Assembly (NCBI GenBank): GCA_020628815.1
Contig: JAHDEN010000001.1
Span: 36,288 to 100,287 of the forward strand
Origin: Chloroflexota bacterium
Lineage (GTDB): Bacteria > Chloroflexota > Anaerolineae > Promineifilales > Promineifilaceae
Direction: 5' to 3'
Length of the DNA stretch: 64,000 nucleotides
Part shown: positions 36,839 through 46,854 of the stretch, one piece after another
Numbering within the stretch: position 1 is the first letter of the stretch
Layout of the letters: each line of letters begins with the position of its first letter
The notes under the pieces: generated by a model
What the model was told of the DNA's origin: nothing
Seen by the model: only the letters and a program-made list of their open reading frames with translations
The model's database searches: none
Translations under genes and position numbers: made by a program

Positions 36839-37459
36839 TTAGCCAGCAAGCTCGTTCGAAAACTCAGTAAGCCGTGTTTTGACCCCATCTCCTAGATAGT
36901 CTAGAAAAATATCTGCAATTTGCTCTGGGGAGTAACGCCCTTCTGGGTTGTACCAAGATATGGCTAGATTAATGGCGCCAAATGCTAAAAGACGAAACAT
37001 CTCTAGATCGATGCCTTCAGCAATAACATCTTTTTCGCGTGCTTCAAGCAGCAGTTTGTCCCAATAGCGGTCGTAAGCGTCACGCTTGGCGATCACTTCG
37101 GTGCGCCATTCTGGGCTTAGGTGGCGCAAATCTTTCAGCAGCACATAGGCGAAATCTTGATAGTCTAGGCTCGCCCGCATGTGGGTCCGGAAAGCGGCCC
37201 GCAGTTTTTCCCAAATTTGTTCTTGCTCGCTCACGGCCGTCTCAACCGCTTCGATCAGATTGGTTAATGACAGATGCATGATGGCCAATAAAATCTCTTC
37301 TTTATTTTTGAAATGATAATAAAGTGCGGCCGAAGTCATCTCGAGAGATTCACTGATATCACGAATGCTGGTAGCGATGTACCCTTTTTCGCGAAAAAGC
37401 TTAGCAGCTTGTGCAATTATTTCTTCTTGGCGGCTTGAAATCTTATTAAGTTTAATCAT
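36839..37459 (-). CDS. TetR/AcrR-family transcriptional regulator
   Basis: N-terminal helix-turn-helix 'AAKLFREKGYIATSIRDISESLEMTSAALYYHFKNKEE'. Confidence 0.9.
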   Translation of the reverse strand: MIKLNKISSRQEEIIAQAAKLFREKGYIATSIRDISESLEMTSAALYYHFKNKEEILLAIMHLSLTNLIEAVETAVSEQEQIWEKLRAAFRTHMRASLDYQDFAYVLLKDLRHLSPEWRTEVIAKRDAYDRYWDKLLLEAREKDVIAEGIDLEMFRLLAFGAINLAISWYNPEGRYSPEQIADIFLDYLGDGVKTRLTEFSNELAG

Positions 37460-37561
37460 GGGTCTCTCTAAAAAAATTTAGTTACTGAGCATTTGATAAG
37501 TTAACACAAAGCCGTAAGCATAGGCAAGTTCAAGTCGTGCCGATATTAACCGCAGAGCTTG

Positions 37562-38182
37562 TTACAAAACCATATTTATTCGATGGGAGAGCTCTGCGAG
37601 CATGGTGCTTGTAGCCCCCCAAATTTTATGGTCAGCATAAGCAAAAAACGGCACCTCAAACGGGCCGGTAGGCAAGCCTACATCGATTGGCTCTCGGCGG
37701 CGGTTGGTTTCACCTAAAAAGTGTGAATACGGGATTTCAAGGACTTCAGCAACCTCTGCCTCGCTAAGGGTGTATGTCGGCCGTTGATCTATCCATCCTG
37801 CAAAACAGTGCACGTAGAAACGTGACGGCGGAATGTACAGCGGGTCGATCCGGCCGACAATGGTGATCTTATCGCTCTCCACCCCGACCTCTTCCCATGT
37901 TTCACGCAGTGCCGTCTGTTCTAACGTTTCACCGGGATCTTGCTTGCCGCCAGGAAAAGCGATTTGGCCCGGGTGGCTACGCATTGTGGTCGGCCGTCTT
38001 AGCAGGATGGTGCTGAGCGACTCCCCATCTGGAAAGAACAGGGCCAAAACCGCACCAATGCGATGATCGGCCGGCGGTGGTGCCAAAGCACGGTCGGCCG
38101 GAACCATGGGCAAACGAACCGGTACCGGATCAAAATCTGGCTGGTTTAAAGCATTTTTTAAGAGTGAAACATCGAAATTCAT
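37562..38182 (-). CDS. NUDIX hydrolase, CoA pyrophosphatase type
   Basis: 'LLRRPTTMRSHPGQIAFPGGKQDPGETLEQTALRETWEEVG' combines the CoAse signature with the Nudix box. Confidence 0.8.
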   Translation of the reverse strand: MNFDVSLLKNALNQPDFDPVPVRLPMVPADRALAPPPADHRIGAVLALFFPDGESLSTILLRRPTTMRSHPGQIAFPGGKQDPGETLEQTALRETWEEVGVESDKITIVGRIDPLYIPPSRFYVHCFAGWIDQRPTYTLSEAEVAEVLEIPYSHFLGETNRRREPIDVGLPTGPFEVPFFAYADHKIWGATSTMLAELSHRINMVL

Positions 38183-38232
38183 TCAAGTATTTTCTAGCAA
38201 TCGTTTTAAAAAAGAAAACAATCGCACAATCC

Positions 38233-38268
38233 AAAAAAAAAAGACCTCCACAAGGAAGGTCTTTTTTT
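38233..38268 (-). terminator. Rho-independent terminator downstream of the OmpR-type regulator gene
   Basis: AGACCTCC/GGAAGGTCT hairpin (one bulge), flanked by an A-run and a T-run. Confidence 0.7.
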
Positions 38269-38296
38269 GAAACATAGCTTGTCTCAGAGGTGTATT

Positions 38297-39007
38297 TTAG
38301 TTCTTGGGGAAGATATATCCCGTACCACGACGTGAAATCACGTAATATGGTTTTGAATGATCCTTCTCGATTTTGCGGCGCAAGCGATGTACATGAACGT
38401 GCAAACGATCTTCGTATGCCGTTTCAAGTGGCCAAATGCGTCGGAGCAAAAAGTCAGTTGTAACTGTCTTGCCCGCATTCCGGATCAAAATATACAAAAT
38501 CTTTGTTTCGGTTGGGGTCATTGATGTCTCTTTGCCATCGACGTAAACACGACGGGCTGAGAAGTCTACACTCAGGTAGTCATCAATTTTAACCATAGGG
38601 TCTAGCGTGTAAGCAAAGTCCCCCATCCGCAAAAGCACCCGACGAATGCGCGCTAGAAGTTCGTTCGGCCGGAACGGCTTCACAACATAATCTTCAGCGT
38701 ACATTTCAATACCTTTCACAATCGTATCTTCTTCATTGATTGCGGTGAGCATCACAACCGGCACATCGCTAAATTCATGTAGCGCTTTGCAAAACTCAAA
38801 CCCATTCATCATCGGCATATTTAAGTCAACAAGGGCTAAATGGGGCAATCCGGCTCTTTGGATAACGGTTAAGGCTTCTTGACCAGATGTGGCCGTCATC
38901 ACTTGATAACCGTCGCGTTCAAGTGTTAGCTTTACAATTTGTAATGTTTGTTCGTTGTCGTCAACGGCTAGGATTCGTTTAATCCCTGAGTTGTTTTCAG
39001 TCTGCAT
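38297..39007 (-). CDS. OmpR/PhoB-family response regulator
   Basis: REC motifs (VDDNE, LALVDLNMPMMNG, YVVKPF) and a winged-helix C-terminus (LTPTETKILYIL..., RLRRKIE). Confidence 0.9.
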   Translation of the reverse strand: MQTENNSGIKRILAVDDNEQTLQIVKLTLERDGYQVMTATSGQEALTVIQRAGLPHLALVDLNMPMMNGFEFCKALHEFSDVPVVMLTAINEEDTIVKGIEMYAEDYVVKPFRPNELLARIRRVLLRMGDFAYTLDPMVKIDDYLSVDFSARRVYVDGKETSMTPTETKILYILIRNAGKTVTTDFLLRRIWPLETAYEDRLHVHVHRLRRKIEKDHSKPYYVISRRGTGYIFPKN

Positions 39008-39195
39008 TAGAAATAATCCTTAAAATCTTTCGGTCCTTAAGATAAGCATATCCTACCTTACGGTTTATGTCATCTAACTCCGTAATTAAATTCGTGAAAA
39101 TTAGGTCAAATCTCCTATTTTTAAGCTGTTTTTAAGTTTTGTCTTTTGTAAGAAGCACAAGCATTCGTGTGGGGTTCAAGTTAGGCTTAATTAAG

Positions 39196-39777
39196 ATGTT
39201 TTTCACTATTTTAAGCGCACTTTCTCGCCTTATCCTCAAATTAGGGGGATGGACCTTAGAGGGATCACGCCCTCCGGCCGACAAGTACATTATGCTGGCG
39301 TCGCCACATACATCATTTGTCGATGGTTTTTTAATGGTGCTGGCTGGTTTTGGCCTCGGTATCAGACCATCCTACTTGGTTAAAGCTGCATATACCAAGG
39401 GATTTTTTGGACAATTTACGTTGTGGTCTGGGGGGATTCCGGTTTTATCGGGTGCGGGTGCGAATAAAGTGAAAGAAGTAATTGAAATTGCGAATAAAGC
39501 TGAAAAAATCGAGCTTTTAATCGCCCCGGCCGGGACCCGTGCTAAACGGGATGCTTGGCGTAGCGGCTTTTTCCATATTGCACGCGGGACTAATTTACCG
39601 ATTTACTTGTCATATCTTGATTTTGGGAAACGCTGTGCGGGGGTTGATATTCGGCCGATCATTTTGTCTGGAGACACTCGCAAAGATATGGACTTGATTC
39701 GTGCATTCTATGCTGACATGAAAGGCAAGCATCCTGAACAGATGACGCCCATCTATATTAAAGAAGAAGAAAATTAG
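39196..39777 (+). CDS. PlsC-family acyltransferase
   Basis: HxxxxD motif (SPHTSFVDG) and APAGTR block. The ORF could start at the TTG at 39139. Confidence 0.7.
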   Translation: MFFTILSALSRLILKLGGWTLEGSRPPADKYIMLASPHTSFVDGFLMVLAGFGLGIRPSYLVKAAYTKGFFGQFTLWSGGIPVLSGAGANKVKEVIEIANKAEKIELLIAPAGTRAKRDAWRSGFFHIARGTNLPIYLSYLDFGKRCAGVDIRPIILSGDTRKDMDLIRAFYADMKGKHPEQMTPIYIKEEEN

Positions 39778-39856
39778 CGGCTGTTAACCATTTGGTGCTG
39801 GCTTGATAAAATAGGCTTCTAAATCAGCTAAATTTCGTAATTTTACTCGAGGAAAG

Positions 39857-40606
39857 ATGTCCAATTCGACGCCAACCACAAAACTTCAAAAAGAACATGT
39901 AACCATTCGTCGGTACACCGATCAACCTGTATCGGATGAGATGGTAAAAGAAATCATTGATGCCGCTCGTCGCGCCCCTACTAGCAGCAACATGCAAACC
40001 TACAGCGTCGTTGTGGTTCAAAATCCTGAAACAAAAAAACAGCTGGCCGTTTTGGCCGGTGGGCAAAAACATGTTGAGACTTGCCCCGTCTTTTTTGCGT
40101 TTTGTGCTGATATTAGCCGCTTAGATGCCGCCTGCAAGATGCATGGACAAGAGCTGGTGCGTGGGTTAGAAACCACCCTTGTTTCATCAGTCGATGCGGC
40201 TTTGGTCGGTATGAGTGCCAACATTGCGGCCGAATCATTTGGCTTGGGCGTGGTGATGATCGGTGGAATGCGCAATCATCCAGAAGATGCTGCAAAGCTT
40301 TTGGGGCTACCTGACGGCTGCTATGTCGTGTACGGCATGTGCATCGGCTGGCCAGATGAAGAACATGTGCCCGGTCAAAAACCCCGTTTACCGCATGAGC
40401 TTGTGGTCCATTATGAGCAGTACAGCTCGGCCGACCCGGCTGAAAAGCTGGCGGAGCATGACAAAGAATTAGCAGAGCATTATGAGACGCAAGGGCGCAA
40501 TTTGGACGCGGCCGCATTTACGGGGCCTATCGCAAATCGGCTAAATAGCCCACGCCGGACCAATTTACGGCCGGAGCTTGAACGGCTTGGATTTAAGTTT
40601 GAGTAG
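39857..40606 (+). CDS. NfsA-like NADPH nitroreductase
   Basis: 'IRRYTDQPVSDEMVKEIIDAARRAPTSSNMQTYSVVVV' is the typical nitroreductase N-terminus. Length 249 aa. Confidence 0.8.
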   Translation: MSNSTPTTKLQKEHVTIRRYTDQPVSDEMVKEIIDAARRAPTSSNMQTYSVVVVQNPETKKQLAVLAGGQKHVETCPVFFAFCADISRLDAACKMHGQELVRGLETTLVSSVDAALVGMSANIAAESFGLGVVMIGGMRNHPEDAAKLLGLPDGCYVVYGMCIGWPDEEHVPGQKPRLPHELVVHYEQYSSADPAEKLAEHDKELAEHYETQGRNLDAAAFTGPIANRLNSPRRTNLRPELERLGFKFE

Positions 40607-40877
40607 ATTTTGAACGGAGAGCTTAAAATAACGTTACTCAACCGTATTCAAGAGCAAAATCACACTAATTAAAATAGTTAACCCGAGTTTTGCTTAAGCT
40701 CGGAACGTCTGAAAATAGTCTTTACAAATTATTTGAGCCCAAATATCTAACTTGAAATCAACTAGAACGATGTCATCTAAGGCCCAAAGGCCCGATGATA
40801 CCGTTCTTTTGGAAGACAACTTGCGTCTTGGCTCTTATCCAAAATTGAGGTTAGTTAATACTCTTTCATGTGGCGAT

Positions 40878-40945
40878 GTCATTCCAGCGGAGGCGGGTAT
40901 CCAGCGCAAAGCCTGGCACTAGATTCCTGCCTATGCAGGAATGAA
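40878..40945. repeat. REP/MITE-like imperfect palindromic element
   Basis: GTCATTCCAGCGGAGGCGGGTATCCAG ... CTAGATTCCTGCCTATGCAGGAATGA. The arms are inverted complements. Translation gives the 'VIPAEAGIQ ... IPAYAGM' pseudo-peptide seen for a widespread bacterial intergenic palindrome family. Confidence 0.45.
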
Positions 40946-40987
40946 GCACTCTTGGTTGACTTTTAAGATACGGTTACGGCAGCGTCA

Positions 40988-42235
40988 TTAGTCTCCCACT
41001 GCTGGCTGAGCCTTAACCAGTGGCGAATGATCAGCGATTGGCAAATGGATCAAAAACGCAAAGATGGCCAACCCGATCCCCATGATCCAAACCGGCATGT
41101 AGGTCCCCTGCGTATCAAAAAATCGGCCCCCCAGCCAAACGCCTAAAAACGAGCCGATTTGATGGCCAAAGAAAATAAATCCATACAGCGTAGATAAATA
41201 GCGCGAGCCGAAAATTTGGGCGACAAGACCGCTCGTTAGCGGCACCGTTGCCAAATAAAGCAGTCCAAATACAGAGCCAAAAATCAGGGCAGACGCATTG
41301 CTAACCGGAATCAGAATAAAGGCGGCAAACACAATTGCCCGGCCGAGGTAAATACCGCTTAGCAGATATTTTTTGCGATAGCGGTCCCCAAGCCAGCCTG
41401 AAATAGGCGAGCCGATCATATTAAATAGACCGATCAAAGAGAGAGCCAATGCGCCAATTCGGGTCGCAATGCCTAAATCTGACAAATAAGCGGGCAGATG
41501 GGTGCTCACAAATGCGACATGAAAGCCACAGGTAAAAAAGCCCAGAAACAAGAGCCAATAGTTGCCGCTCTTGCCCGCATTTAGCAACACCCCCATGAGG
41601 CTGTTTTTCTCAGCCGAACTGCCATCCAATGCGTTATCAGCAGCTTGATCATCCCCGTCGTCCTGCGGCGCACCCGGGAACCAAGAGGCGACAATCACGA
41701 TGATTAAAACCATCACCCCCATAAACATAAATGTGGTTTGCCAGCCGACGACCGTGCGCAGCTGCTCCATCCCAAACACAACTACAAACATGCCAAAAGA
41801 ACCGGCCGCTGTGATGAGGCCAAATGCGGTGCTGCGCCGTTCAGGGGGCACAACTTTGGCCACAGCCCCCAAAGCAACAACGTAGGTCGTTGCGCTCAGC
41901 GCCATCCCGATTAAAACCCCAAACGAGGTGTATAGGGTAAACACGCTGGGGTCGATTGCGAACCAAAAAATAGCGACGCTGTAGAGCAATCCCCCCCCGA
42001 TAGCAACCCACCGTGAGCCAAAGCGGTCGGCCAAAATGCCCACCAACGGAAAGCCATAAATTAATTGCTGGATGGCGATTGCCAAGCTAAAGGTTTCCCG
42101 GGTGATATCAAGCTCTTCGACCAGCGGCCGTAGAAAAATGCCAAAGCTTTGGCGGATTCCCACGCTAATAATGATGATTACAATAGCGATTTGAACCACA
42201 TAGGTTCGATTTGATCGGTTATTAAAGGTCGACAT
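40988..42235 (-). CDS. MFS transporter (12 TM)
   Basis: Twelve hydrophobic segments. The 'GILADRFGSRW' loop 2-3 motif is typical of the MFS. Confidence 0.85.
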   Translation of the reverse strand: MSTFNNRSNRTYVVQIAIVIIIISVGIRQSFGIFLRPLVEELDITRETFSLAIAIQQLIYGFPLVGILADRFGSRWVAIGGGLLYSVAIFWFAIDPSVFTLYTSFGVLIGMALSATTYVVALGAVAKVVPPERRSTAFGLITAAGSFGMFVVVFGMEQLRTVVGWQTTFMFMGVMVLIIVIVASWFPGAPQDDGDDQAADNALDGSSAEKNSLMGVLLNAGKSGNYWLLFLGFFTCGFHVAFVSTHLPAYLSDLGIATRIGALALSLIGLFNMIGSPISGWLGDRYRKKYLLSGIYLGRAIVFAAFILIPVSNASALIFGSVFGLLYLATVPLTSGLVAQIFGSRYLSTLYGFIFFGHQIGSFLGVWLGGRFFDTQGTYMPVWIMGIGLAIFAFLIHLPIADHSPLVKAQPAVGD

Positions 42236-42239
42236 AGCT

Positions 42240-43787
42240 TTATAGTTTCTCGGCAGGCTCCCGTGGGTTTTCTTTGGGCGCGGTTAACAATAATATTCCC
42301 AAACTGGCTAAAACCAAAACGGCCGAAATAAACATATTGGTGCGAAATCCATCGACAAAAGCAAACCGGACAATCTGTTCAATTTGAGCCGCTGTTTGAG
42401 CCGTTAACTCGGCCGGGATCACCAGTTCGCCCAAACTGCGGGCCTGCGCCACAAGCTCCGCTTCAGCTTGCTCGGGCAACCCTAATGGGGCGATGCGGCT
42501 CGCCAAGCCGCTCCGAAATCGGCCGACCATCACAGCGCCTAAAATCGCTACAGACAGCATTTGTCCTAATCTTGATGCCGCATTATTCACCCCAGACGCG
42601 ATCCCAGATCGGTTAGATGGCAACGCCTGTAACCCCAAACTTGTGATCGGGACAACCAAAAAGCCCAGCCCGATGCCGTATACCAAAATGCCCGGCAGCC
42701 AGTGGGTCCAATACGACTGATCCACGCTGGGCCACATCAGCAAAAAGAAGGCGGCCGCGATAATCAGATTGGCGATCACAATCAAAGGGCGAGCCCCGAT
42801 ACGATCGATGAGCTTACCCATTTGGCGCGCCATCAGAAACAGTGCGATTGTGATTGGCATGATGGCTAAACCAGCCTGTGCGGCCGAATACCCCTGCACC
42901 TGCTGCAGGTTTAGCGTAATAAAGAAAAACGGCCCACCTAAGCCAAAATACAAGATGATGGTCATTAGGTTTATGCCGGTAAATTCAGGAATTTTAAATA
43001 GATTTAACGGGATCAAGGGGGCCTGCACCCAAGATTCAACCCAAACAAAAGAGATGACTCCAAGCACACCAACAATGATCGAGCCGATAATCAGCGGGGA
43101 TCCCCAGCCGAAGTTTGGCCCCTCGATCAGTGCAAAAAGCAGTCCGCTTAATCCCAACATCAATGCTATAAGCCCCAGCCAGTCGATACGGCCGTCAATC
43201 TCATCATTTTTATTTTCAGGCACGAAGCGCCAGGCCACAAAAACGGCTATCAACCCCAATGGCAGGTTGATATAGAAAACGGAGCGCCATGAAGCAAAAT
43301 CAACCAACCAGCCTCCCACAACCGGCCCGGCAACTGTAATCAGCGGTGAAAAGGTTCCCCAAATGCCCAACATACGGCCGCGTCGTTCCGGTGCCACAAC
43401 GGCGTTGATAATGGCCAATCCGCCCGGTGCCACAAGTGATCCGCCAACCCCCTGCAAAAAACGGCCGGCGATCAGCCAATTGGCCGTGGGGGCCACCCCA
43501 CACATCAAAGATGCCCCGATAAAAATTACCATGCCGATGATATAGATGCGAACCCGGCCGAAGATATCTCCTAGCACGCCCCCAATCAGCATCAAGACAG
43601 ACAGGACCAGCAAATAGATATCCAAAATCCACTGCAAGGCACCAATATCGGCGTTTAACGATTTTTGAATCGCGGGCAAAGCGACATTAACAGCAGACTG
43701 ATCTAAAAAAACAATCCCCGAGCTGAGGATTGCAAGTGTAAGCGCCATTTTTTCCACAAATGGTATTTGGGAGATGCGTTCGGCCAT
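42240..43787 (-). CDS. MFS transporter, DHA2 (EmrB/QacA-like, 14 TM) family
   Basis: 'GGVLGDIFGRVRIY' motif A, ~14 hydrophobic segments, 515 aa. Confidence 0.85.
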   Translation of the reverse strand: MAERISQIPFVEKMALTLAILSSGIVFLDQSAVNVALPAIQKSLNADIGALQWILDIYLLVLSVLMLIGGVLGDIFGRVRIYIIGMVIFIGASLMCGVAPTANWLIAGRFLQGVGGSLVAPGGLAIINAVVAPERRGRMLGIWGTFSPLITVAGPVVGGWLVDFASWRSVFYINLPLGLIAVFVAWRFVPENKNDEIDGRIDWLGLIALMLGLSGLLFALIEGPNFGWGSPLIIGSIIVGVLGVISFVWVESWVQAPLIPLNLFKIPEFTGINLMTIILYFGLGGPFFFITLNLQQVQGYSAAQAGLAIMPITIALFLMARQMGKLIDRIGARPLIVIANLIIAAAFFLLMWPSVDQSYWTHWLPGILVYGIGLGFLVVPITSLGLQALPSNRSGIASGVNNAASRLGQMLSVAILGAVMVGRFRSGLASRIAPLGLPEQAEAELVAQARSLGELVIPAELTAQTAAQIEQIVRFAFVDGFRTNMFISAVLVLASLGILLLTAPKENPREPAEKL

Positions 43788-43862
43788 GCGGGAAGAGTAT
43801 CCCGACCAAATTTTTTAGACCAACCGAAATGATAGAAAGAGGGAGATCAATGCAAACTGACT

Positions 43863-45161
43863 TTATCTGCGGGGAGTGACCTTGATACGCAACCCATTTT
43901 CCGGCGCAATAGTGATTAAAGCGCGCGGTTTCACTTTTTGATCAGGCTCAAGCTCAATCTTAAAATGCTGAAACAGCTGGATCAAAATCATCTGGGCTTC
44001 GATCATGGCGAATTGGGCCCCAATGCACACTCTGGGGCCAGCCCCAAACGGCAAGTTGGCATAGCGGGGTATGCTGCCCGCTTTTGTTGGATGGAACCGC
44101 TCGGGGTCAAACCGTTCAGGGTCTGGGTAATACGCTTCCTGACGATGGAGTGAATATGGGGAGATCACCATCCATGTCCCTTTTTTAACTTGGTAGTCGC
44201 CGATAATGCTGTTTTTCTGGACTTCACGATAGGCCAAGGACCAAACGGCCGGGTACAGTCTCAAAGACTCTTTCAGCACCATTTCGCAATATGGCAACCG
44301 CTCTAAATCATCTAATTTAGGTGACCGGCCGTCAAGCACATCATCAATTTCGGCCGTGAGTAACGCTTGGATCTCAGGGTGCTTTCCCAGCAGGTAAAAG
44401 GTCCATGTCAGGGTGTTTGCCGTTGTCTCGTGACCCGCGCTAAACAGGTTATTGACTTCATCAAAGATCTGCTGCTTCGCCATCGGCCGGCCGTTTTCAT
44501 CACGCGCATTCAGCAAGGTTGTTAGCAAATCGTTGTGATCAATATTGGTGCGCATCCGCTCCTCGATAATCGGCATCAACACATCCTGCAATATTTGGTT
44601 ATTTTTCTTGAAAGCCCGATTCCCTCGGGTTGGGAGCCAAAGCGGCACTTTAAACCCCAACCAAAATTCCTTTTCCATCCATATTTGGTTACTCGAAATC
44701 GCATTTGCAGCCCGCTGGGCATCTTTGGCCATTGTGCGGCGATCTGCATTAAATAGCGTTTTCGAGACGATAAACATCGTGAGCCGCATCATGTCGTCGT
44801 GGATGTCTCGATTGGGATTTCGCCACCATTCTTTTAGCAAATCAAGGGTGTAATCTACCATCACACGGCTGTACGCTTCCATCCGTTTATGATGAAACAG
44901 GGATTGCATCATTTTACGCTGCCCCGCGTGGAATTTTCCCGCGCTCGGAACCAATCCGTTCCCCAAGGCTTTACCTAAGGTAGCTCGAAACGGGGCCGCT
45001 TTAGGAAACTCGGCCGCTCGTTTAACCAGCACCTCGCGTACCAAATCTGGATGATGCAGCATCAGCAGACGCTTGGGCCCCATGCGCAGTTCTACAAGCT
45101 CGGGGTATTCCGCCACATAGCGACGCATGGCGGCTAAAACATCTTGTTTAAATTCAGGCAT
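43863..45161 (-). CDS. Cytochrome P450
   Basis: Heme loop FGAGPRVCIGAQFA, ExxR (ESLR) and the I-helix AGHETT. The conserved N-terminal region appears to continue upstream of the annotated ATG (see findings). Confidence 0.9.
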   Translation of the reverse strand: MPEFKQDVLAAMRRYVAEYPELVELRMGPKRLLMLHHPDLVREVLVKRAAEFPKAAPFRATLGKALGNGLVPSAGKFHAGQRKMMQSLFHHKRMEAYSRVMVDYTLDLLKEWWRNPNRDIHDDMMRLTMFIVSKTLFNADRRTMAKDAQRAANAISSNQIWMEKEFWLGFKVPLWLPTRGNRAFKKNNQILQDVLMPIIEERMRTNIDHNDLLTTLLNARDENGRPMAKQQIFDEVNNLFSAGHETTANTLTWTFYLLGKHPEIQALLTAEIDDVLDGRSPKLDDLERLPYCEMVLKESLRLYPAVWSLAYREVQKNSIIGDYQVKKGTWMVISPYSLHRQEAYYPDPERFDPERFHPTKAGSIPRYANLPFGAGPRVCIGAQFAMIEAQMILIQLFQHFKIELEPDQKVKPRALITIAPENGLRIKVTPRR

Positions 45162-45571
45162 ATGCCCCAGTGGATGATAGTTTATATCCCTTGGGGCGAT
45201 TTTATAGCTTGGTTTGGGTGGTGCGAGCTCGATCTTGTGGTTTTCTCTCCTCTAAAAAAACTTTAGTCGATACGGGTGTTGCCTGTTGATTGTCTAAAAA
45301 CAATCTAGCTTTGATCACCGGATAGGTGATGAATCTTTGTGTGGTATGCAGGCACACAACTTAAGCAGGTGGTTGGATTATGACAGCTTCAACAAATCTT
45401 GCATCTAAAAATCGAGTTGTTGCGCAGATAACCGGTTTTTTGAGAAGAAAAAGCGCTTTTTGACAGATAGCCTCAAATATCTGTTTAATCTGCTTGAGAC
45501 TCGACTCTTAATGTTTGTTTCTAACATCCTTTTGCTACAATCATCCAAATTTTTAGCAACAGGATTATCAA

Positions 45572-46756
45572 ATGGAAATTGTCTCTCCCGAATCAGTTGG
45601 TGTCAGCTCAGAAAGGCTAGGTCTCATCGACAAAAAGTTTAAGAAATATTGTGAAGATGGCAAAACGGCCGGGATTGTCACGTTAGCCGCTCGTTATGGG
45701 AAGGTGTTTCATCATGATGTTTGGGGGATGCAAAATTTAGAATCAAACACCCCGATGGCACTGGACTCGATTTTTCGGATTTATTCGATGACCAAACCGA
45801 TTGTTAGTGTTGCGCTGATGCAGCTCCACGAAGAAGGGCGCTTCCACCTGAATGATCCCATCAGCCAATTTGCCCCCATGTTTACTGACCTGGAGGTTTT
45901 GAACAGCGACGGCAGCGTTGAAAAAGCTGAACCGGTCACCTTCTGGCATCTGCTGACCCACACCAGCGGTATGAGTTACGGCTTTCGAGATGATCATCCG
46001 CTTGAAAAAATGTATCGGGATGCGGACCTGTTTGAGCGAGAGCTAACGCTTGAGGGGATGATGCAGCGCATCGCCAAATTGCCGCTGCGCTTCCAGCCAG
46101 GGTTTGACTGGCATTACTCCGTTTCAACCGATGTCGTGGGCTATTTGGTTCAAGTCATTTCAGGGCAGCCGCTGGGTGACTATTTGCAAGAAAATATTAT
46201 CCAGCCGCTGGGCATGGTTGATACGAGCTATGAGATTCCTGACGAAAAACTGCCCAGATTAACCAGCCTGTATGGCAGTTTGCAACCGGAAGATCCCTAC
46301 ATGAAGCTGCTTGATCCCCCTGAAACAAGCTTTCACCGGCCGCCTGTGCTAAACCAGCGTGGCGGCAGTGGTTTGCTGTCAACGGCCGCAGATTACATCA
46401 AATTTGCTCAAATGGTTGCAGACGGCGGAACCTATGAAGGCAAACGGTATTTGGGGCGCAAAACAATTGAGCTCATGACAAGCAACCATCTACCCCTGCG
46501 CATGCTCCCGCTGGCTGTCACAAATGAGTTTCCCGGGGTTGGTTTTGGCCTTGGCTTTCATAACATCGTCAACGTAGCTGATACGCAAATGCAAGGCTCG
46601 GTTGGCAATCATGGCTGGAGCGGCGCGGCCGACACCAATTTCTGGATCGATCCGGTTGAAAAACTGATCGGGATGAGCTTTATGCAATATCTTCCGTCAC
46701 GCACTATTGCGGCTCGAGATGATTTTTCCAACTTTCTGTATCAAGCTTTAGAGTAG
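45572..46756 (+). CDS. Beta-lactamase-family serine hydrolase
   Basis: SxxK motif (YSMTKP), HTSG, and a length typical of class C / esterase EstB-like proteins. Confidence 0.8.
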   Translation: MEIVSPESVGVSSERLGLIDKKFKKYCEDGKTAGIVTLAARYGKVFHHDVWGMQNLESNTPMALDSIFRIYSMTKPIVSVALMQLHEEGRFHLNDPISQFAPMFTDLEVLNSDGSVEKAEPVTFWHLLTHTSGMSYGFRDDHPLEKMYRDADLFERELTLEGMMQRIAKLPLRFQPGFDWHYSVSTDVVGYLVQVISGQPLGDYLQENIIQPLGMVDTSYEIPDEKLPRLTSLYGSLQPEDPYMKLLDPPETSFHRPPVLNQRGGSGLLSTAADYIKFAQMVADGGTYEGKRYLGRKTIELMTSNHLPLRMLPLAVTNEFPGVGFGLGFHNIVNVADTQMQGSVGNHGWSGAADTNFWIDPVEKLIGMSFMQYLPSRTIAARDDFSNFLYQALE

Positions 46757-46854
46757 GCCTGACCCAAGTCACCCGACTCAAATCCCAAAGAAACAAACAT
46801 CCGAATCGTTTAAACTACTCTCCAGAACTATGAACCAACGGTTCTGGAGAGAAT

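Noticed and set aside
40770-40922. ~50-codon ORF encoding ...VIPAEAGIQRKAWH
   Set aside because: Its C-terminal part is simply the translation of the REP-like palindrome. It has no ribosome-binding site and no coding character.
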